Assembly: GCA_963783885.1 (NCBI GenBank)
Contig: CAWAPJ010000005.1
Location: forward strand, 1-64,000
From: Waddliaceae bacterium
GTDB lineage: Bacteria > Chlamydiota > Chlamydiia > Chlamydiales > SLFE01
Length of the DNA stretch: 64,000 nucleotides
Direction: 5' to 3'
Shown here: in pieces, positions 48,880-56,734 of the stretch
How positions within the stretch are numbered: the first letter of the stretch is position 1
Layout: every line of letters begins with the position of its first letter
Notes under the pieces: generated by a model
Told to the model about the DNA's origin: nothing
What the model saw: only the letters and a program-made list of their open reading frames with translations
Database searches by the model: none
Translations under genes and position numbers: made by a program

Positions 48880-48907
48880 AGGTAACATAATATATATTAT
48901 CAGACGT
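48880..48907 (-). other. dif-like XerCD recombination site
   Basis: minus strand ACGTCTGATAA-TATATA-TTATGTTACCT (11-6-11), intergenic. Confidence 0.7.
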
Positions 48908-48957
48908 TACATATGGGGCCCCCAGGAAAGAGACTGCATGCTTTAATAAAGCTTTAG

Positions 48958-49530
48958 CTAACGACGCGGATGCGGATTCACCATTAACCTTAAACCCACA
49001 CCTAAAAAATGAAGAGCTACAGGAAATGTTAGCTGCTTGCCTGCAACTTTATTGATCCTAGCAGAGCATCCAAAAGTAATTAGCGCAAGGGTTGTTGTAG
49101 GGACGGCTATAATCATGTCAAAAATACCTGTAATAACCGCCGTAAAAGCGCCCAAAGCACCAGCCCCTCGAGATATCACATTTTTGGTTAAAAATGATTG
49201 ACTATTAGCGCATTCGACCGCAAACTCTAAAAGTTTTCCGGGAATATGATTGAAAAATGAATCGCAACGTGTCAGATTATCAGTGTCAATCACGTTTGCT
49301 TTCGTGTTAATTACCTTAATAACCCTAAAAGCTCCGTTGAAAATTTCGGGTAAAACATATGCCGAATGATAGGTTTTATTAGCCTCTTTATTTGCTGTTT
49401 TCCACAAACCTAAAGTTATTCCGGCTACGGGTGTCCAAGCTCCTCCCCATAAGGCTTTGCCAGCATGGTGTGCAGCTTTCCCCAAGTGACTCGGAAGGTT
49501 TCTTATGTTTTCTAGTCTTTGTGCCATCAA
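48958..49530 (-). CDS. hypothetical protein, tandem paralog A
   Basis: shares GKALWGGAWTPVAGITLGLWKTANK and VNPHPRR* with 49548-50099. Confidence 0.8.
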   Translation of the reverse strand: MMAQRLENIRNLPSHLGKAAHHAGKALWGGAWTPVAGITLGLWKTANKEANKTYHSAYVLPEIFNGAFRVIKVINTKANVIDTDNLTRCDSFFNHIPGKLLEFAVECANSQSFLTKNVISRGAGALGAFTAVITGIFDMIIAVPTTTLALITFGCSARINKVAGKQLTFPVALHFLGVGLRLMVNPHPRR

Positions 49531-49547
49531 CTAATCTTCTTTTAAAT

Positions 49548-50099
49548 TCAACGACGCGGATGCGGATTCACCCATTTTCTTAGACCCACACCAATAAAAT
49601 AAAGAGCTTCAGGAAATATAAGCTGCTCGATTGCGGTTTGGTTGATCCTAGCAGAGCATCCAAAAGTGATCAGGGCAAGGGCTGTTGCAGGAATTGCTAA
49701 AATCATATCAAAAATACCTGTAATGACTGCCGTAAGTGCGCCGAGAAAAAAAGCCCCTCGAGAAATCACATATCTTTTCAGACATGATTGGCTATTCGCA
49801 CAATCAAGACCGAACCCTAAGAGTTTTTTGGGAATATTGTTGAATAAGGAGGTATCATTTTCATTAGCTCTAGCAATAGTTTTTGGATTAATAACCTTAA
49901 TAACACCCGCAAAAGGTTTGGAAAATACCCATGCTGAGTGTCGAGTTTCAGCGGCCTGCTTATTTGCTGTTTTCCACAAACCTAAAGTTATTCCGGCTAC
50001 GGGTGTCCAAGCTCCTCCCCATAGGGCTTTGCCAGAACAGTATAAAGCAACTTTCAAATCCCTTTGCAGAAGTTTTATATTGTCGATTCTTTGTGACAT
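49548..50099 (-). CDS. hypothetical protein, tandem paralog B
   Basis: same shared motifs as paralog A; GGGAG RBS. Confidence 0.8.
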   Translation of the reverse strand: MSQRIDNIKLLQRDLKVALYCSGKALWGGAWTPVAGITLGLWKTANKQAAETRHSAWVFSKPFAGVIKVINPKTIARANENDTSLFNNIPKKLLGFGLDCANSQSCLKRYVISRGAFFLGALTAVITGIFDMILAIPATALALITFGCSARINQTAIEQLIFPEALYFIGVGLRKWVNPHPRR

Positions 50100-50429
50100 A
50101 AACTCATCTCCTTATTAAGGAATTAATTATAATTATTTAATATTAAGATCTAATAAAGATTTGATGTATATATTCTAAAATCATTAGATTTTGTTTTAAT
50201 TTCTTTTTCTCTAATAAGTTGTGTATCGCCACCATTTATTTGGACACAAATTTGGCTTAAGGGTGAGATTTTTCCAAACCTCTCAAGCCGCCTCCCATGT
50301 CGGACTCTAGCTAAGTTCAGCGATTCGTCAAGGATTCCCTTCGGCTCGCTTCGCTCGTCCTGGACTTCATCGCTGCCCTTAGCAATTTTGCCTTCCATCG
50401 GTTGCGTCTTAAGAGTTTTGTTAAATCTC

Positions 50430-51318
50430 TTATGCTGCATATTTAAACTCCCAGTTTTGGCGAGCTTCTCTAGGGCTGCAGTAGCCTAGCTTCTCAAGTA
50501 ACCATTCATTGTTATAATCCTCTACAAATGACTGAATGGCTCGTCTGACCTCATCAAGATTTTTAAAAACTCGACCATGCACACATTGCTCCTTCATCGT
50601 TCGATGAAATCGCTCTTCCACCCCGTTGGTTTCAGGCTCGCCTACTAAGGCATAGCTAATTAAAGCCCCAGTATTTAGCCTCATTCCGATACTCATTGGC
50701 TGTGAAGACCGATCCATGATCTGGTCTTAGACTGATCCCTCTAGCGATACCTGGCATTAGCTCTCCGCAACCAGACCTTACAGCATTTCGTAACACCTCC
50801 ATCGCAGCGTGTCGATCGCCACGTTTGGTGACGTGCCACCCAAGACACTCGGAATTCCAGTGGTCAGTGACACCGAAGTACCAAATCCATCCATCATCCT
50901 CGGTCCAGATCTTTACTGCATCTGTTGCCCACATATCGTTGGGAACATCTGTCACGATTCTGCCATCATGTTTTTTTGCCTTTCCTTGGAAACTGCGATG
51001 TGGAGATAGAATATTAGCCTCTCTCATAAGTTTCAAAATCCTGTTTCTCCCTACGCTGATCCCATGATTCCGCCTCAATCGAGCCCATACTTTCCGGTGT
51101 CCTTCGCCCGTAAACTTACTCTCTTCAATATCACTACGAATCCACTCAAGGAGGTCTTCATCAGCCATCCAAGGAGAGGGTCCCGGCTTTCTTGTAACGG
51201 TGTCTTTTTGCTTTCTTGCTCTTGCGTTGTAGACGGTTGAGCGAGTTATACCCCAAACCCGGCAGACTCGCTGTAATCCGTATACGCGTCCAGTTGATGA
51301 AGAGCTGGAGGTGCTCAT
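50430..51318 (-). pseudogene. IS3 OrfB (integrase core), frameshifted near 50660
   Basis: WATD, RPDHGS.F, then GEPETNGVEERFHRTMKE in a different frame. Confidence 0.85.
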
Positions 51319-51638
51319 TACTTCGACCTCCTCAATACTAAAGGGCCTTTCTTTTTTACCTGCCGTTTTAGTAGCTCATTTTCCATGGACAGCTCACCTA
51401 TCTGCTCTTTAGCTCTGGCTAGCAAAGCGTCCTTTGGATCGTTTACCCTCTGCTTAAAGCCTTCCTCAAGGTGGACCAAAGCTTCCTCTCGCCACTCATT
51501 GACGATATGGACAGCCACGCCTACGGCGCGGCTGACATCATCTATTGCCTCACCTCGGAAAAGCCGTAGTACAACCTCTGCTTTTCGTTTGGCGCTCCAT
51601 CTCTTTACTGTCTTATCCGTACAATCTGTTGTTCTCAT
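51318..51638 (-). CDS. IS3 OrfA (HTH) with A6G slippery site
   Basis: RWSAKRKAEVVLRL HTH; A AAA AAG at 51357-51351 whose -1 frame runs into OrfB. Confidence 0.88.
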   Translation of the reverse strand: MRTTDCTDKTVKRWSAKRKAEVVLRLFRGEAIDDVSRAVGVAVHIVNEWREEALVHLEEGFKQRVNDPKDALLARAKEQIGELSMENELLKRQVKKKGPLVLRRSK

Positions 51639-52310
51639 TGTGTTTCTCCTTGAAAACGATTGGGTATTTTACCCCAAATCAGTGTCCAAGTAAACTGGTG
51701 GCATTATATCTCTAATAAGTTGTTCGCCAACTACATAAAGTCTTTTGCCGCTCTTTTCGTCGATAAAGGAATCCGATGGCAAGGGCTCATCAGTAAAGTT
51801 ATCTTGGAATTGTTCTTTGGTAAAACTTAAAAAACTCTTTCTCGTGATTTCGTCTTCCACAAATACTCTTGTTGACAGAGGAAGTACAAACTTTTCGTCC
51901 TTATCATAGCCGGTAATTTTCCAAAAAATGTTAAATGCTTTTTCAACAGGATGTTTTTCCAAAATTTCGTCCGATTCTTGATAAAACCTGAGAATCGTGT
52001 CGACTACCTGGATGCCTGCGACTCTGTCTTCAAGCGTCAATTCCGACTTATCTGATAAACGTGAAAACCACAAAACGTGTTCAGCAAAATCAGCCAGATA
52101 TGCCGATCCCCTAAAACCGCCGGTTGTGACAATTCTCGATCCCCAAAAACTGACGTTAACTTCTGTTTCCATCTGATTGAACAAAAAGTTGAGAGTTTTT
52201 AGATTCAACTCTGACTGTGTAAAATCTTGTAAGTTCATTGTCAACCTCCTGAAAGAAAATTCATTAAACATTATCATCCAGGCCGTGAAATTGAAGCAAG
52301 AAAACATTTA

Positions 52311-53537
52311 TTATTGCTCGGGTCGAAAAAGACGAATCGAAAAAGGGACGCTCGCAAATAAAAGAAGGCTGGATACCAGAAAAATGGCCGAGTAACCATG
52401 GGTTTCTTTGAAGACTAAAATCGGAACATTTTTAAATAATTCTATGATAATGCCCCCTAAAAAGGGACCGACAAGGGCTCCTAAACCCTGGCAGAAACTA
52501 TATAAAGCAGCCCCCACTCCGTGCTGTTCTTCTTTCGGGAGATAGCCCATTAGAATGGAAAACGGAAGGGTCATCAATACGACTGCAGAAAAGGCAATAG
52601 GCATGATGGCGGAAACAAAATAGATGTTGGTTGTAAATAAGGGCGGAATCAAACCGATCGCGAATAATAGGACAGAGCCCAGGATAACGGGTTTGAAACC
52701 ATATTTATCTGCCATCCATCCTGCAAACGGAGCGGCCACAATTGCGGCTGCCCCAACAAGGGCTAAGGCCCCAGAACTTTGAGTAAGCGAAAAAGACAGC
52801 CCTCTTGTAAAGTAAAGGACAATAAACACTCTAATAGCAGCGAAAGAGGCTTCCCATAATGTATTGGCGATAAGCCAAAGTTTGATTTTTTTGTTTTCGA
52901 CAAGATTTAATACACTATACCATTTTATCCTTTGAGTTTCTTCAACATGCCTGGTTGTTTTTAAAAATTTCGCGGTGAAAACAGCACATGCTAGCAGTAA
53001 TAAAAAGGTAAAAAGGAGAAACGGCAAGGGTCTCCAGACATCGATAAGGAATCCTCCCCCAGCCAGTGCCAACAGAAGCCCGAATTCGCGGAAGCCTCCC
53101 TGTATTCCCTGCGACAATCCCCTCTCTTCCGGAGGAACAAGGTCCGGAAAAAAAGTGTAATATGCTTCGTAAAATGTAAAGAAACCGATAAAAAATACGA
53201 AAAGTTCTATTCCCAATAGAATTAAATTTTTACTGCTGAATGGCATCACAAGCAGCATAAAAGTAACGATGAGCAAACCAAGAAAGAAAAATGGGAAGCG
53301 CTTGCCGTATTTTGTTGAGATTGAGTCAGACCAAAATCCAATGATAAACGGAATAACCAGCGCTATAACCCCTTCTATGCTAATCATCATACCAGTAATT
53401 GCAGCATTAGAAAGTTTCTCGATAAAGTAAGGGAGATAGGTTGTGACTAAATTGTAAGCCAGTCCAATGCCGAATGCCGGTATGCCTAAAAAAATCAAAA
53501 AATTTCTTTTTGATTTTGTTAATTGATTATTGCTCAT
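52311..53537 (-). CDS. MFS transporter (sugar/GPH-like)
   Basis: about 12 TM segments; GFWSD...KYGKRFPF, PDLVP.EERG, GWMADKYG. Confidence 0.85.
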   Translation of the reverse strand: MSNNQLTKSKRNFLIFLGIPAFGIGLAYNLVTTYLPYFIEKLSNAAITGMMISIEGVIALVIPFIIGFWSDSISTKYGKRFPFFFLGLLIVTFMLLVMPFSSKNLILLGIELFVFFIGFFTFYEAYYTFFPDLVPPEERGLSQGIQGGFREFGLLLALAGGGFLIDVWRPLPFLLFTFLLLLACAVFTAKFLKTTRHVEETQRIKWYSVLNLVENKKIKLWLIANTLWEASFAAIRVFIVLYFTRGLSFSLTQSSGALALVGAAAIVAAPFAGWMADKYGFKPVILGSVLLFAIGLIPPLFTTNIYFVSAIMPIAFSAVVLMTLPFSILMGYLPKEEQHGVGAALYSFCQGLGALVGPFLGGIIIELFKNVPILVFKETHGYSAIFLVSSLLLFASVPFSIRLFRPEQ

Positions 53538-53620
53538 GTTCTCTAGATAGCGGATATCAAAATAATTGTAAAAGAATAGGATTGAAAAAATGAATGAATA
53601 TTGGGAGAAACAAAGCATAC

Positions 53621-53656
53621 AAAAAAGCCCCGGCTAATATAGCCGGGGCTTTTTTA
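53621..53656 (-). terminator. intrinsic terminator of the porin gene
   Basis: AAAAAAGCCCCGGCTA-ATA-TAGCCGGGGCTTTTTT. Confidence 0.9.
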
Positions 53657-53657
53657 T

Positions 53658-54773
53658 TTAGAACATCAATCCGCCTCTTACCGTCAAACCTTGATAAGTG
53701 ACGTTTCCGTGGGGCCCGAACTGGTAGCTGTTGCTCTCCCCTGTACTGTTGCTGACAAAGAGGAATCGATTGAGATTCCACCAGATTTGATTTTCCCATC
53801 CGGCAAAAACAAATATGTTATAGCAAGAGCACACAGTTGTGTCAAAACGGATCCCCAGCAGAAGCTCGGTTGCCGGAATCAGCGCGCAATGACAGTCTTC
53901 GATATCGACCACTTTTTCAGACTCATAAAAATCTTTGCGGTTGACTTCAATATCCGACCATACGGCGGCTACGGATACTCCCCCGACAAGACTGACGCAT
54001 GGAGTGAATCTCCAGGCTGCGTTGAAACCGCCGCGAAGGCCAATTCCATTAAAATCTGTCTTGCTTTTGATTTGAACGTTTTCAGAATCTGTCGTTGATG
54101 TTTGATGGACATAGGACACGTTATACTTCATCTGTTGCCATGTCGCTTTGAATCCTAAGTGCGGGCGAAAATCAAAGCAGCAATTGGCAGAAAATGTTCG
54201 TCCCATGCCAAAGTCAAGGACATTGTATGAATTGTCCCAAGTCGCTTTGGCTTCGCTGATAACCTGATCGCCGGCAAGGCCAGCCGCCAGATTCCAGATA
54301 AGGGGATGCAGATCTCCGCTTCCCTCCCCGCTTCCGGGAACAAAGTCATTGTCGATCCGTTTGCTCAAACAAGGGCGAAGCCATGTATATTGAGCGAAAA
54401 CGTCCCAGTTGCAGCAGCCGATATCAATCATGGCTCCCACTCTGAATCCGGCTTCGATTTTGCAATCCGGGGATATAATGCGGCCCTTGGTTTCAAGCGG
54501 GGTTGCCGTGTCCGGACTGATTCCATCAGTTCTGGCAAATTGCAGACCTTCCGGATGCACTTGCCAGTAGATGAAGTCGGCCCAAACAACAAAGTCGGGC
54601 ATGCAGCAATCACAAAGATCAAAGCAGTTAGTCTCGCATGGGTCGGGACAGCAAGCATCATAGGCAGCCGATAGCGAAGCGGCAGAACCTGTCAGTGTTA
54701 GCAAAGTCATTCCTAAAGCGAAAGCATTGCTCAATTTCCTTTTCAAGAACGCTCTATTTTTTTGAAAAGACAT
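53658..54773 (-). CDS. Cys-rich outer-membrane beta-barrel (MOMP/Lpg1974-like porin)
   Basis: signal peptide, Cys-rich N-terminus, ADFIYW, GFRVG, GWENQIWW, terminal Phe. Confidence 0.8.
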   Translation of the reverse strand: MSFQKNRAFLKRKLSNAFALGMTLLTLTGSAASLSAAYDACCPDPCETNCFDLCDCCMPDFVVWADFIYWQVHPEGLQFARTDGISPDTATPLETKGRIISPDCKIEAGFRVGAMIDIGCCNWDVFAQYTWLRPCLSKRIDNDFVPGSGEGSGDLHPLIWNLAAGLAGDQVISEAKATWDNSYNVLDFGMGRTFSANCCFDFRPHLGFKATWQQMKYNVSYVHQTSTTDSENVQIKSKTDFNGIGLRGGFNAAWRFTPCVSLVGGVSVAAVWSDIEVNRKDFYESEKVVDIEDCHCALIPATELLLGIRFDTTVCSCYNIFVFAGWENQIWWNLNRFLFVSNSTGESNSYQFGPHGNVTYQGLTVRGGLMF

Positions 54774-54885
54774 GGTGTCATTCCTTTTTTTGTTCGTTGC
54801 ATTTGAAGTTTCATGAAATGCTATGAAAGCATGCAGAAATATTACACAATGTTTTCATTGCAAGCAAATAGATTGAAGGAAAAAT

Positions 54886-55386
54886 TCATGATTTCCAATG
54901 CTTCTGAAGCGGACCGGACTCGCCGAAAACTGGGTCTTTGTCGGGAAGGGGTACTTTGGCAATTCTTTTGTCCACATCGGGACGCTCCTCTTCTTTGCCC
55001 TCATGCATGTCATATGGGACATCGATAGGGTAGCAGCCGACGCAAGTAAAACCTGCAGACGACCCGACATTTTTGTGTGAGACTCCGGCGGGAATGATGA
55101 TGACATCGCCGGCCTCCAAAGTCAGCACCTGTCCGCCGCTTCCCCCAATCTGCACTTGGCATGAGCCGCTCGATATGCCGATGGCTTCATGAGTATTACT
55201 ATGAAAGTGATGATATGAATAAATGCCGTTTACCCAGGAATTGATCCAGCCGTTCGAAGCGAATGTTTCCCGGATTTTTTTGGGGTCGTAGTCATCTAAA
55301 ACCTTTTTGTAGTGTAAAAGCGGTAACTTGGGATTATTGGGAAAGGGCCCATTTTCATCGATAATTCTCTGAGCGACATCATGCAT
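54886..55386 (-). CDS. cupin-domain protein (YjlB-like)
   Basis: FPNNP.LP, YHHFHSNTHE, GDVIIIPAGVSH, P.PD.DPVFG. Confidence 0.88.
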   Translation of the reverse strand: MHDVAQRIIDENGPFPNNPKLPLLHYKKVLDDYDPKKIRETFASNGWINSWVNGIYSYHHFHSNTHEAIGISSGSCQVQIGGSGGQVLTLEAGDVIIIPAGVSHKNVGSSAGFTCVGCYPIDVPYDMHEGKEEERPDVDKRIAKVPLPDKDPVFGESGPLQKHWKS

Positions 55387-55485
55387 GCAACCTAACTCCT
55401 TTGATCATAAAATAGCATATTGACATTTTTTTGTTGCGCCGTCTCAATTGATCTGATAATCCTAAATTTTAACGTGAGGATTCTT

Positions 55486-55878
55486 ATGGATATTTCATTT
55501 TTTTTGGCCCGTGTTATGGGCATCACTTTATCCATTCTGTATTTAGGGATCATGATCAATTTCAAACAGCTGCAAAAATCGGTTCGTACACTAGAAGAGC
55601 AGCCTGTCATCCTTTTTATTTCAGGTTTTATCTCTTTGGTATTAGGGGTCTTAGTTATTGAAGTTCACAATGTCTGGATTGCGAACTGGCGGGTTATCAT
55701 CACTATTTTTGGATGGATTATGCTTGTTGTGGGAGCGATCAGGGTGCTGATTCCTCAAGTTGCCATCAAGCTGGGCCATTCGCTCTTGGAGAGAAATGAG
55801 AAGGCGGCCTATCTGCTTATCTTTATCATGTTTGCCTTTGGGATCTACCTGACAGTTATGGGCTTTTCGGGCCTGTAA
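55486..55878 (+). CDS. hypothetical four-TM membrane protein
   Basis: HNVW..NWRVIITIFGW; GAGG RBS before ATG 55486. Confidence 0.7.
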   Translation: MDISFFLARVMGITLSILYLGIMINFKQLQKSVRTLEEQPVILFISGFISLVLGVLVIEVHNVWIANWRVIITIFGWIMLVVGAIRVLIPQVAIKLGHSLLERNEKAAYLLIFIMFAFGIYLTVMGFSGL

Positions 55879-55879
55879 A

Positions 55880-56689
55880 TTATCGAATATAGATCGTTAA
55901 ATTTGAAAGATGGCTAAAACCCGCATTCCACAAAATCTTTTTTGAGCGGCAGTTGGGCTTAACAACGGATATGAACGTATCGACATTCATTGACAAGGCC
56001 TCCTCCAGACGAACCCGTGCCATCTCCGTTCCAATCCCCCTTCTTTGGAGGGAAGGGATGACAAAGGAAGAAAAAAGATAAGCCATCGGCTTTTTACTTT
56101 TTCCATCATGGAGAAAGAACGAAGCAAAACCTGCAGGCTCTCCTTTCCATGAGGCCAAATAGAATCTATATCGGGAATCCGCTTGCTCGATAAATTTGAC
56201 TATAAGCTCCCCATCAGCTATCGGATGAGGGGATGCTTGATTATAAATCTTTTTGCATGTTGCCCTGGACGTTTTGCAGAAAGGATTGATTTTTCGGACA
56301 ACAATTTTTTCAGATGTTTTGACAGGTTGATATTCCGACGCAAAGCAATGCATTCCCGAAGCTGTGAAATGGGGTTTATATCCTCTGCAGCTCAATATCA
56401 AAGGCAAACTATTGGGATGGCTTTCTTCATCAACCAACCATGAAAGAGGCTCTTTCGCCAGTTTGTCAATTTTATTAACTGCTGAATGGGGGTCTTGAAA
56501 ATCAATATCATAGATGATTTTTTCTTTCGATGCTCTTAATACCTTATATTCGTTTCCCAGATAGAGCGATGTTTTTTTGGGATAGATTGTTCGGTAGAAA
56601 TTGAATTTAGAGGCAATGAACGATTCCCTTATCCTGCCGACACTTTTATTCATAACCCCATCATACAAAATCTTATATAAATAATCCAT
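55880..56689 (-). CDS. GNAT-family N-acetyltransferase
   Basis: VIPSLQRRGIGT acetyl-CoA motif, AGF. Confidence 0.75.
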   Translation of the reverse strand: MDYLYKILYDGVMNKSVGRIRESFIASKFNFYRTIYPKKTSLYLGNEYKVLRASKEKIIYDIDFQDPHSAVNKIDKLAKEPLSWLVDEESHPNSLPLILSCRGYKPHFTASGMHCFASEYQPVKTSEKIVVRKINPFCKTSRATCKKIYNQASPHPIADGELIVKFIEQADSRYRFYLASWKGEPAGFASFFLHDGKSKKPMAYLFSSFVIPSLQRRGIGTEMARVRLEEALSMNVDTFISVVKPNCRSKKILWNAGFSHLSNLTIYIR

Positions 56690-56697
56690 TTCAATTG

Positions 56698-56729
56698 GAA
56701 AAAGGCCGGAAGCTGTCTTCCGGCCTTTC
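56698..56729 (-). terminator. intrinsic terminator
   Basis: AAAGGCCGGAAG-CTGT-CTTCCGGCCTTT downstream of the AAA gene. Confidence 0.75.
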
Positions 56730-56734
56730 GGTTA

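Larger units (their letters stand above)
50222..51708 (-). mobile_element. IS3-family insertion sequence
   Basis: IRs TGTATCGCCACCATTTATTTGGACACAAATTTGG / TATAATGCCACCAGTTTACTTGGACACTGATTTGG; direct repeat TCTCTAATAAGTTG at 50208-50221 and 51709-51722. Confidence 0.9.
50150..52307 (-). pseudogene. hypothetical gene interrupted near its 3' end by the IS3-type element
   Basis: ...VVGEQLIR (about 51710) continues in frame as QLIREKEIKTKSNDFRIYTSNLY* (50221-50150); true start probably 52238. Confidence 0.8.

Noticed and set aside
50150-50440. 96-aa ORF (and the 88-aa ORF at 63631-63897) as an IS passenger gene
   Set aside because: It is a read-through of the structured IS end into different flanks in each copy; in copy 1 its tail is the interrupted host gene's C-terminus
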